From IMG/VR virus record IMGVR_UViG_3300033067_002099, positions 1 to 26,842 of that record: DNA of 26,842 nucleotides. The stretch is one strand, 5' to 3'. The translations under genes and the position numbers were made by a program. Below, one piece after another: positions 16,858 to 24,456 of the stretch. Below the pieces are notes generated by a model. It was not told the DNA's origin, did no database searches, and saw only the letters and a program-made list of their open reading frames with translations. Within the stretch, counting starts at the first letter, position 1. Each line of letters starts with the position of its first letter. Origin of the DNA: a virus. Lineage: Duplodnaviria > Caudoviricetes.

Positions 16858-18032
16858 GCGGCAACCCTCCCGCGTCCGAGCCAGCCCTGCATCGCCCGAA
16901 GCTCCTCGCCCCAGCCCGTGCCCATCCGCAGCGTGAGGAAGGCCGCGTACATTCCCTCCACCGTTTCCGCCAGGTCGCGGACGGCCTGGAGCCGGTGCTC
17001 GGCTATCGCGCGGCCGCGGGTGTCTTCGGGCGGGGCCGGCAGTTTGCCCGACGTGACCGCGAGCGTCTCGGCCTGGAGGATGAACGAGAACTGCTCGCCG
17101 GACTTCACGACAGTCAGCGCCGCCTTACGCGGCAGCTTGCCGTGCCGTACCGCCGCCTTCGCTTCGGGCAGCCGCGGCGCGCTGGCACTATTCATGGTGC
17201 CGCTTCCGGTCTGCCCGCGGGGGTCTTCGACCTTCACCCCGCCGCTGAACATGAACGTCGCTTCGGAGCCATCGGGGAGCGTCAGCGTGTCGGTGCGGTC
17301 GTCGCTGACGTACCAGAGCCAGAGCAGGAACTCGTTGCCGAGAAAGTCCGGCACCTTGTCGTTGACGCTCCAGGCCACGTCGGGCTCGCCGACGCCGCGG
17401 ACGAACTCGGAGGGCCGCTCATCTTCGGCCTGCGGGTGGAGCCGTACTGCCAGTTCGCCGGCGGTGATGGCCTTGAGGCGGGCGGGTGTCATCTCACCGC
17501 CGTCCATCTCGGTGCCAAAGGTGCGACCAAAGAGCCGCTCGAACCGATCCGCCACGTTCGCCGAGGTCGCGCCCAGGAACAGTTCGTTGCGGGCCTGGTC
17601 CCACAGCACGCCGTGGCACTTTCGCTTCAGGAACCGGCCGTCCTTGCCTTCCTGCTCAACGCGCTCGCGGGCGATCTCCTTCGCCTCGCGCTTCTCGCGG
17701 GCCGACGGCTTCTCCTTGTCGCGGCAGAGTGCCTTGAGTTCGACCTCGTAGTACGCCTTCACGAGGTCCGCCGGCGGCTTGTTCGTGTCGAGCCGTAAGT
17801 CCCACACGAGGTGATCCGTGTAGACGTTCTTCTCCAGGTCGAACGTCGTGTCGAGCAGGTGGGCACCGCCGACCCAGCCGCCGCCGACGTTGTCCGCATC
17901 GGGGAGACGCTCGGAGCCGCGGCCGGCGCGATGGGCGTCGAGCAGTTCGAGGTGCGACTCGTCGAACCGCGCCGGCCTGGGCAGGTCCGGACGGAAACGG
18001 ATGAAGGTAACGGAGCCGTTGAGGAAGGGCAT
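16854..18032 (-). CDS. RdgC-like recombination-associated protein (392 aa)
   Basis: MPFLNGSVTFIRF, GWV, LRLDT.KPP, FERLFGRTFG, FLGNEFLLWLWY, EAKAAVRHGKLP resemble the RdgC family. Confidence 0.72.
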   Translation of the reverse strand: MPFLNGSVTFIRFRPDLPRPARFDESHLELLDAHRAGRGSERLPDADNVGGGWVGGAHLLDTTFDLEKNVYTDHLVWDLRLDTNKPPADLVKAYYEVELKALCRDKEKPSAREKREAKEIARERVEQEGKDGRFLKRKCHGVLWDQARNELFLGATSANVADRFERLFGRTFGTEMDGGEMTPARLKAITAGELAVRLHPQAEDERPSEFVRGVGEPDVAWSVNDKVPDFLGNEFLLWLWYVSDDRTDTLTLPDGSEATFMFSGGVKVEDPRGQTGSGTMNSASAPRLPEAKAAVRHGKLPRKAALTVVKSGEQFSFILQAETLAVTSGKLPAPPEDTRGRAIAEHRLQAVRDLAETVEGMYAAFLTLRMGTGWGEELRAMQGWLGRGRVAA

Positions 18033-18034
18033 GG

Positions 18035-18424
18035 TCAGCCTGCTTTCTGTGTTAACTTCCCGTTCGCGTGTGGCTGGCTTTTGAGCGAGGCTAACTCCGC
18101 TTCCAGTTCTTGAATTCGTGCCGCTTGTGGATCGTCGGGAATCTGCCGTGGTGGTTGAGGGCACGACAGAACGAGTTCACGGCCGTTCGGTGTCACCGTT
18201 CCATAGCGCTGTTGCATGTCCACAACCTTCAGCAACTTTCCACCGGCGTTCACTGCTGCGTTGCAGACACCGGGCGTCACGGCTCCGTCGAGAACATCGG
18301 TGATGAGCGCACTCATCAGGCCAGCAAACTGCGTAGCAGTTCCCACTCCTCCTGAAGCAATTTGAGAGCTTCGAGATTGCCGGATTTGAGGCTTCTGGTC
18401 GTTGCCTTTTTCAGCATTTGACAT
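18035..18424 (-). CDS. Hypothetical protein (129 aa)
   Basis: GGAG RBS; FAGLMSALITDVLDGAVTPGVCNAAVNAGGKLLKVV, a helical domain. Confidence 0.7.
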   Translation of the reverse strand: MSNAEKGNDQKPQIRQSRSSQIASGGVGTATQFAGLMSALITDVLDGAVTPGVCNAAVNAGGKLLKVVDMQQRYGTVTPNGRELVLSCPQPPRQIPDDPQAARIQELEAELASLKSQPHANGKLTQKAG

Positions 18425-19149
18425 TTCAGTTTCTCCGAGTTGGCGTGTGGGTAGATGATGCCGTTGGACACGAAAAGCCTGACCCGCGAGCGGGCCTTTG
18501 CTACGCCGTGGGCAAAAACACGAGACAGTTTCACGTCGAACGATCGCCGCCGCCCGTCCGGGTGGTCGAGTTCCGCTCTGCAATGCGCACAGACTTTCCA
18601 TGAGTGGCCGGGACGCGGGATGTGGCATTTTGCTTCGGGGTCCACTGTCGTGCGAGGCCACGCCCACTCGTGCGGGGCCTCCACGTCCAAGCTGCGCCCG
18701 CGAATGGCAACCCGTAGTGCTGTGCCGCCGCGACAAACGAAATCGAACTTCTCAGGAAGGTCGCAAAGCAGGTCGGTAGAGGTGAGGCGAAAGCTGCGCC
18801 GCGACCACCTGTTGCATCGCACGCATTGCACCTTCGGCTGCGCGGCAAGCAGCGACCGAGTGCTCCAAGCGCGTGAGAAATGGCCAGCGCAACCGCGCCG
18901 ACCGCAAACAACTGGGTCCACAAAAACGTATGTGTCCGGAAAGATACCAGACGATTCCTCTCGGACAGAAGTAAGCCAACAGCCGAAGCGACGCGAAACC
19001 CAGTCTGCGATGCCCGAAAATCCCTCTCTTAACAGCAAGCAGCTCGGCACTACGATTACGAAATCGTGGCCTGGAAGAGTCACTTGGTAATGCGATCTCT
19101 TCCGACAGACGCATGCTGGCTGTTGATGTGGCAACTTCCAATACTTCAC
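18316..19149 (-). CDS. Cys-rich hypothetical protein (~277 aa)
   Basis: GGAGGGG RBS before the GTG at 19149; fills the gap in the operon; AT-richer than flanks; overlaps the next gene by 109 nt. Confidence 0.45.
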   Translation of the reverse strand: MKYWKLPHQQPACVCRKRSHYQVTLPGHDFVIVVPSCLLLREGFSGIADWVSRRFGCWLTSVREESSGIFPDTYVFVDPVVCGRRGCAGHFSRAWSTRSLLAAQPKVQCVRCNRWSRRSFRLTSTDLLCDLPEKFDFVCRGGTALRVAIRGRSLDVEAPHEWAWPRTTVDPEAKCHIPRPGHSWKVCAHCRAELDHPDGRRRSFDVKLSRVFAHGVAKARSRVRLFVSNGIIYPHANSEKLKCQMLKKATTRSLKSGNLEALKLLQEEWELLRSLLA

Positions 19150-19181
19150 TGCCGCCCCCTCCTGGTTCGTGCGCCCGCGCC

Positions 19182-19409
19182 TCAGCGTGAGGTCTGTTGC
19201 GATCCGCCACAGATACAGCCGGCTCCGCTTGGCACGGCTGGACACCCATCGGCATGGATGCTGACGTCCGGGTTGCAATCGCAGGAGCGGCCCTGATAGA
19301 TCGCGCACCATTGGTCGTGAAGAATGACGGCATGGGACAGGACGCCGGGCGGCATCTTGCCGGCGGCCTGAAGTTTCAAGATCTTGGGGAGGTAATTGGG
19401 AGTACCCAT
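19182..19409 (-). CDS. Small His/Cys metal-binding protein (75 aa)
   Basis: HDQWC...CDCNPD...HADGC...CIC; GAGG RBS. Confidence 0.65.
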   Translation of the reverse strand: MGTPNYLPKILKLQAAGKMPPGVLSHAVILHDQWCAIYQGRSCDCNPDVSIHADGCPAVPSGAGCICGGSQQTSR

Positions 19410-19493
19410 ATGACCCTCTAACGGAGAGATTGAGACGTTCATGCGCCCGCACAGGTGCGTACCTTCCACGACCGGCCCCACCGAGGAGCCGAC

Positions 19494-19599
19494 TTAATTG
19501 GATTAATTGGACCGTTTCTGGTCTGGTTCCTTAGCGGGGAGGACGTGCCTCGATCAACCCGCCAAAAGGAACCAGAGCCAATCCAGTACAATTAATCCA
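19494..19599. repeat. Long imperfect inverted repeat with AT-rich arms; candidate replication origin
   Basis: TGGATTAATTG/CAATTAATCCA, TCTGGTTCCTT/AAGGAACCAGA, GCGGG/CCCGC; tandem TTAATTGGA x2; immediately downstream of the helicase gene. Confidence 0.65.
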
Positions 19600-19619
19600 G
19601 AAAACCCCCTGCCACTGCT

Positions 19620-21080
19620 TCACGTCCCTCCGCTCGCAGGCGTCCCCACGAGCTTCGGATTCACTTCGTAGCTCTCGCCCGGCGGCCGCCCGTTGCGGCC
19701 TCCGCGTTCTTCGGCCACGCCCCGGATCGAGCGATGCTGACGCAGCACGTCGATCGGCTTGTCCAGGTCTTCCGGCCGCGTGAACAGACTGTTGTTTCGG
19801 AGTGACGACCAGGCGTCGGCCTTCGAGAAGGCGGGCTGCCCACGCTTGACGAGCCACGCCTGAATCGCCTTCGCCGCGTTGAGTCGTGGGTCGCGTCCGG
19901 CCGAGCGATGCACACGGTCGGCATGGTCGAGGAAGTACATCGACAGCGAGACTGCTCGTAAGAGGTCTTCGCAGCCAACGCCGTAGCCGGGGTTCTCGCC
20001 ATACGCCTCGCGCAGCAGGTGGAGGACCAGGGCCAGCCGTGCGGCGTAGCCCGAAATCTTCGCCGCGATGGCGCGGAAATACGGCGGTGCATCGAGCGAC
20101 GCGGCCTTCTCCGCCAGTTCTCGCGTCCACCCCTGCCACATCGGTCGGGCGTCCTCGTTCAGGTGGACCACGTTCGGCCGCTTGTCCTGGTCGTCGGGCG
20201 GCTCGTGCATCTTGCGATCCCACAGCGTTCGCAGCGCTCGCTCCCAGGCTTCGCACGGTGCGTCGTCCACCTCGGCGAACGACTCGATTGGCAGTCCCGG
20301 ATCGGACGGGTACGCGAACAGCATCCGGTCGAACAGGCCGTCGGATGGCCCGGCCCGCAGCGTATCGAGCACCTCCGGCTGGATGCCGCCGACGACCGAC
20401 AGCCGCGGGTGCGGGACGAACACTGGCGGGCTGTCCGGCCCCTTGCGGTCGATCTTGAGCGCGCGGCCGTCCCAGATGCTCAGGTAGTGGGCGCGGTCGT
20501 TGCCTGCGCCCTTCGCCTTGTACTGGTTGAAACTCGTCAACCAGCCAGACATCTCATCCCACACCATGAGCAGGCCGCGGGGGTTGTCCCCCAGGAACAC
20601 CGCGAGCTTCTCGATGGTCACGTCCGAGACGTAGGCCGGCTTCTTTTTCTGGTCTTCGCTCTTGTTCCGCCGCCGCTGCTCGCGGAACACTGGCTCCAAG
20701 ATCGGCCGCACCGACGGGCTCTTGCCCGATCCGGGCGGGGCGATGACGCAGACCCAGAGGTTCGACGGAGCCATGTAGCCCCGCTTCACCTGCAGGTCGA
20801 AACTCGCACCGATCGCACCAGACGCCACGGCCAGGGCGTGGCTCGCCGGGAAGTCCACCGGCACGCCGACGCTTTCGGCAGAGGACGCGCACAAGTCCTG
20901 CAGCCCAGCCGGCAGCACATGCAGCGGGAACGGCTGCGGCTTCCGGTCCCCGTCGCCGAGCGGGATCGGGTCGCCCCAATCGGTGGGGCTGCCTGTTGCG
21001 ACGTTAGCGTTAGCCCCAGCCGCGGCCGGGCTCGCCTGATCCGTCGCCTGCCGAGCACGCCGAAGAATGTCCCGACCCAT
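19620..21080 (-). CDS. DUF3987/YfjI-type P-loop replication helicase (486 aa)
   Basis: PFPLHVLP, Walker A APPGSGKS, DVTIEKL, Walker B DEMSGW, GGIQP, DGLFDR. Confidence 0.88.
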   Translation of the reverse strand: MGRDILRRARQATDQASPAAAGANANVATGSPTDWGDPIPLGDGDRKPQPFPLHVLPAGLQDLCASSAESVGVPVDFPASHALAVASGAIGASFDLQVKRGYMAPSNLWVCVIAPPGSGKSPSVRPILEPVFREQRRRNKSEDQKKKPAYVSDVTIEKLAVFLGDNPRGLLMVWDEMSGWLTSFNQYKAKGAGNDRAHYLSIWDGRALKIDRKGPDSPPVFVPHPRLSVVGGIQPEVLDTLRAGPSDGLFDRMLFAYPSDPGLPIESFAEVDDAPCEAWERALRTLWDRKMHEPPDDQDKRPNVVHLNEDARPMWQGWTRELAEKAASLDAPPYFRAIAAKISGYAARLALVLHLLREAYGENPGYGVGCEDLLRAVSLSMYFLDHADRVHRSAGRDPRLNAAKAIQAWLVKRGQPAFSKADAWSSLRNNSLFTRPEDLDKPIDVLRQHRSIRGVAEERGGRNGRPPGESYEVNPKLVGTPASGGT

Positions 21081-21429
21081 CACGCGACCTTTCGAGCTGT
21101 TCGACCCGTCGCTGCAGGTCAGCGATTCCCTGAGCCATCGCCCAGTTCTCTTCCTTGAGTTCCCGCACCTCATCCGTCGCCGCATCCGCCAACCGGCGAG
21201 CCTCTGTGTCGGCTGGCTCCAGCCCATCCAAGAGCCGGACGAGGAACGTCCGCAAATCGTCGTGGCTCGCCGCATGCAAGAACATCTCCGTGAAGAACGC
21301 CCCGCACCGCACCTTCGCGTCTGCGACCGCCGCCACCGCACTCGCCACAGCGAGTTTGTCGCCGCCCCGCTCGGTTTCGGTGAGCCGGGCCTCCGCTTCG
21401 ACCAGTTCGACCCACGGCGGCGCGTCCAT
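21010..21429 (-). CDS. Coiled-coil hypothetical protein (139 aa)
   Basis: GGAGG RBS, TGATG coupling. Confidence 0.7.
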   Translation of the reverse strand: MDAPPWVELVEAEARLTETERGGDKLAVASAVAAVADAKVRCGAFFTEMFLHAASHDDLRTFLVRLLDGLEPADTEARRLADAATDEVRELKEENWAMAQGIADLQRRVEQLERSRDGSGHSSACSAGDGSGEPGRGWG

Positions 21430-21599
21430 CAGTCCTCCCGCGGCCCGTGCTTCCACCAGTCGGCGGAATCCTCAACGCCTTGGTTCCGCACCGCCGCGGG
21501 CCTGCTCAGCGCCGCTGCGAACAGCCGCGCGAGCGAGACAACGCCCCAGATCAGGCCCCAGAAGATTGCGGCAACGAGTAGCGTTTCGGCGAGCGTCAT
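21429..21599 (-). CDS. Small membrane protein (56 aa)
   Basis: LLVAAIFWGLIWGVVSLARLFA, a transmembrane-like helix; AAGGA RBS. Confidence 0.65.
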   Translation of the reverse strand: MTLAETLLVAAIFWGLIWGVVSLARLFAAALSRPAAVRNQGVEDSADWWKHGPRED

Positions 21600-21796
21600 G
21601 GTCGCTTTCCTTTCGGGAGGGTGATCCACTGGCCGTGCGGCTTGCCGCTGGCCTCCATCGCGTCGGTGCATTCGCGTTCCGTGACACACTCCGCCACGGG
21701 CTCCCACTGGCGACGGACGCCCTTTTGCCGCACGCTGGGGCGATACCAGAGCACCCAGGCGGTTTCGGATGCGGCGTCCTGCCGGTCGGGTGTCAC
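21596..21796 (-). CDS. Hypothetical protein (66 aa)
   Basis: GTGA and ATGA overlaps at both ends. Confidence 0.6.
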   Translation of the reverse strand: MTPDRQDAASETAWVLWYRPSVRQKGVRRQWEPVAECVTERECTDAMEASGKPHGQWITLPKGKRP

Positions 21797-22035
21797 GCGG
21801 CCTGCGCCTCCGCGCGTTCGGTGCGTTCTTCGAGGTAATCCGCGAGGTCCGTGTAGCGGATCTGGTCCTGGTACAGGGCTTCGAGTTCCGTCAGGTTTTT
21901 GGGCGTCAGGTATCCCATTTCGGCCCGCAGCTTCTCCAGCCGCTTGATGCGGCGGCTGTTCTGCGACAGCAATTGCCGCGACCAGAACAGCATCCGATCC
22001 GTCCAGGCTGGCGATGTCGGCATGGCGAGTGGCAT
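21793..22035 (-). CDS. Hypothetical helical protein (80 aa)
   Basis: AAGGAGGAGG RBS right after the tRNA. Confidence 0.72.
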   Translation of the reverse strand: MPLAMPTSPAWTDRMLFWSRQLLSQNSRRIKRLEKLRAEMGYLTPKNLTELEALYQDQIRYTDLADYLEERTERAEAQAA

Positions 22036-22057
22036 GGCGTCCTCCTCCTTGAGTCAG

Positions 22058-22131
22058 TGCAGCGGGCAGGATTCGAACCTGCATGATGCCGGGCTATGAC
22101 TCCGGTGCTCTGCCAGTTGAGCTACCGCTGC
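22058..22131 (-). tRNA. tRNA with CAT anticodon (elongator Met or Ile2); CCA not encoded
   Basis: GCAGCGG/CCGCTGC acceptor, GCTC/GAGC D-stem, CCGGA-GTCATAG-CCCGG anticodon arm, GCAGG-TTCGAAT-CCTGC T-arm. Confidence 0.9.
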
Positions 22132-22366
22132 GTTGCCGGTTCCCGCGGAGTTCTGCGCGTGCCGGCTGGACCGGATCGGGGTGATAAATCCCTTCGCTCT
22201 CTGTCCTCACGGCTCGTGGGCGATACGCCCTGCGGACCGAGCTGGCCGCCGCCATGGTTCAGTCCCGATCCGCACAACGAGTGCGGCACACGGCCGCTCG
22301 GGACCACACGGGAGTGACGGGCCAGCCGCAGAGCACACCACTGCACGCGGCCTCCCGTACCGTGTG
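22132..22366 (-). ncRNA. Candidate structured RNA / tRNA leader
   Basis: Several nested inverted repeats and no convincing ORF between recT and the tRNA. Confidence 0.45.
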
Positions 22367-23437
22367 TCACGCCGCCTTTGCGGCCTTCAGCTTCGCCAGC
22401 AGTTCGGTGGCCTGCTTTGCGGTGAGGTCTTTCGGGGTGATGCCGTCGCGGAGCGGGATGCCGCATTCGAGCCCGTACTGCTCGATGGCGTCGGACCAGG
22501 TGAGATTGGCGTCGTAGGCGGCGGTGAGAATCGCACCGATAATTTGCTCGCCAGCCATGAGGGGCTTGTCGCCGGCTGGCTGCTGGTGGTCAACAATCGT
22601 CTGCTGGACGGGCGGGCTGGCCTGGGAGTTGGGCTGGGTCTCGACTTCCTCGTATTCCGCCTCCGGCGTCTCGTGCTCGGGAAGCTGGGTGGCAGGCTCC
22701 TCTGCCGCCTCGACCTCGCCGGCAGGCTCGGCGTCATACTTGTCCACGTCCACACCGATCGGTGCTCGCTTCAGCAGTCGGCGGATCACGGTCTTCAGCG
22801 CCATCGCGTCCCACGCCGAGGCCCATGTCCCGGACGGCTGGCCGTTTGCGCCGGTGCCGAACTTGCTGTACTTCTTGCGGTGTTCCTCGATCTGCTCCCG
22901 CTCCATCACCTCGAAGTCGATGCCGCCGCGCAGGTAGGTGATGACGGCGTAGACGTGGGTGATGGGCCCGCGCGTCTTGCCCGGACGATGGTCGATTCCC
23001 GACTTGGTGCCGAACTGCACCTCGAAGAGGTCGCCGTCGCGGACAGCCTGGGCCGTGATGCTGGCGACGAGCTTCGACCGGTAGGCCAGCTGGATCATCC
23101 CCTTGTAGCCGAGCTGGAACTGGGCCGTCGCTCCGTAGGGGACCATGTAGCAGTGGCCGGACACGCCGCCGATGTCGAGGTTGAGCGTCGCGGCCTGGTT
23201 GACGCATTCGAGCAGCGACCGTGCAGTGCAACGCTGCAGCTTGTCGTTCTTCGAGATTTCGAGCATCGCCGCCCGGACCAGCCGGGACGGGGCGGCACTC
23301 TTGGCGTCGGAGTACATCTCGCGGAGCGCCGCCATCCGCTCCGTGAACGCCTGCTGCAGCTGGGGCAGTGCCAGCGCCTTCGACGTGTCGATCCGGGCAA
23401 TGGCCCCCGTTGCAGGCTGTCGCGTGGTCTCGCTCAT
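22367..23437 (-). CDS. recT: RecT-family single-strand annealing protein (356 aa)
   Basis: LQRCTARSLL, GHCYMVPY, FQLGYKGMIQLAYRS, VRDGDLF, WDAMALKTVIRRLLK. Confidence 0.93.
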   Translation of the reverse strand: MSETTRQPATGAIARIDTSKALALPQLQQAFTERMAALREMYSDAKSAAPSRLVRAAMLEISKNDKLQRCTARSLLECVNQAATLNLDIGGVSGHCYMVPYGATAQFQLGYKGMIQLAYRSKLVASITAQAVRDGDLFEVQFGTKSGIDHRPGKTRGPITHVYAVITYLRGGIDFEVMEREQIEEHRKKYSKFGTGANGQPSGTWASAWDAMALKTVIRRLLKRAPIGVDVDKYDAEPAGEVEAAEEPATQLPEHETPEAEYEEVETQPNSQASPPVQQTIVDHQQPAGDKPLMAGEQIIGAILTAAYDANLTWSDAIEQYGLECGIPLRDGITPKDLTAKQATELLAKLKAAKAA

Positions 23438-23859
23438 CGTTTTCGCTCCGCGTAAGGGATCAGGGGTAAAACCGTGCCGGTGCGTGCATCGACGATTTCG
23501 ACGCGGCCTCCCGGCGTGATGTGAACCTTGTGGTGCGGGCCTTTCGGCACGCCGTAGTGCTGCTCGAACTCCCGCAACAGGTAGGCCGTCTCCCAGTCGA
23601 GCCGCTCCTGCCACTGCGGGTTGATACTCACCACCCAGGCCAAATGCTGGGCATCCTCCTCCGTGGCGTCGAACCCGAAGAACCACCCACAGGCCGAGGC
23701 CATGTGTCGCCCGCGAGTGACGCGGTGCAGCTGCTCGATCTGGTCGTCGGTCAGGTCGTGTGCCGAAGTGGGCTGTTTTGCCTTCCGGTAAACCGTCGGC
23801 TTGGACACGTCCCGATCCGGGCACTGGTTCATCACCTTCGGCGGCTTCTTGCGGGCCAT
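23434..23859 (-). CDS. Hypothetical protein (141 aa)
   Basis: GAGGTG RBS, ATGA overlap with recT. Confidence 0.72.
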   Translation of the reverse strand: MARKKPPKVMNQCPDRDVSKPTVYRKAKQPTSAHDLTDDQIEQLHRVTRGRHMASACGWFFGFDATEEDAQHLAWVVSINPQWQERLDWETAYLLREFEQHYGVPKGPHHKVHITPGGRVEIVDARTGTVLPLIPYAERKR

Positions 23860-23875
23860 GCTGCACCTCAGTTGC

Positions 23876-24079
23876 TCACGCCGCTTCCGGGATCGGCGGC
23901 TGGCCCTGCGCCATGCGTTCCGCCGCCTCCGCGTTGAACACCGACCGCTTCACGCTCCGCAGCCCGTCCGTGGCCAGGTGCTGAAGCTCCACGCTCGAAC
24001 ACTGCTCCAGCAGGTAGAGCGCGGCCTGGTACGGGTCGCGGAACTCCTCCGTCCTCCCGCCGACCGTGACCTCGATCAT
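23876..24079 (-). CDS. Hypothetical protein (67 aa)
   Basis: GGAGG RBS; MIEVTVGGRTEEF... Confidence 0.68.
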   Translation of the reverse strand: MIEVTVGGRTEEFRDPYQAALYLLEQCSSVELQHLATDGLRSVKRSVFNAEAAERMAQGQPPIPEAA

Positions 24080-24198
24080 GGCTGCCGCCTCCGTGTGAGT
24101 TCGCAGGGGTCCGGCCTGGGTTGGCAGCGGATGCTTGACGCCGCTTCCCCCATGCCCAGCAGCAACGCTGGGCCGTCGGGTACCCGAACCCCTGCGAG

Positions 24199-24368
24199 TG
24201 GTTCCGCCCCGAGTCGAACGGGGTAATGGGAGCCGGCAGCACCACTCTTTTGTCCGGGCCGCATACTCGTCATGGTCACCCATGCGCCATTCGACTTGTT
24301 GCCAAGTCCGCCCGGAGTCACTCGCTCCCTTAGCCTCTTCAGTGGGTCGCCGTGCCCACCCCGGAACC
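24199..24368 (-). ncRNA. tRNA-like RNA (~170 nt) with an expanded domain replacing the anticodon loop
   Basis: 7-bp acceptor GGTTCCG/CGGAACC plus discriminator A, T-arm CCCCG-TTCGACT-CGGGG, D-like hairpin GTGGG/CCCAC, stem GGGAGC/GCTCCC enclosing a branched domain with two GNRA hairpins. Confidence 0.72.
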
Positions 24369-24456
24369 AAGTGCGGGGTTGCTCTCCACCCCGCGAAGCC
24401 TCGCCCTTCGGCATCCCATGCCCGGTCGGCGTTCCACCGTGCTGCCATCGTCGCCG

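Noticed and set aside
18528-18541. GTTTCACGTCGAAC resembling canonical chromosomal parS
   Set aside because: Single copy with a mismatch in the central CACGTG and no TG/CA ends; likely chance
22058-22131. tRNA as prophage attachment site
   Set aside because: It lies mid-operon, 4.4 kb from the integrase, and no duplicated 3' end is visible in the window
14911-23487. Partial matches to the 16-bp palindrome (GGTGCGTGTGCTCATGC at 14911; GGTGCGTGC at 23479)
   Set aside because: Half-sites only; expected by chance in GC-rich DNA
24199-24368. tmRNA or intron-containing tRNA interpretation of the tRNA-like RNA
   Set aside because: No G3-U70 alanine determinant, no tag ORF ending in Ala-Ala-stop, a D-like stem is present, and the insert (~90 nt) is too short for a group I intron
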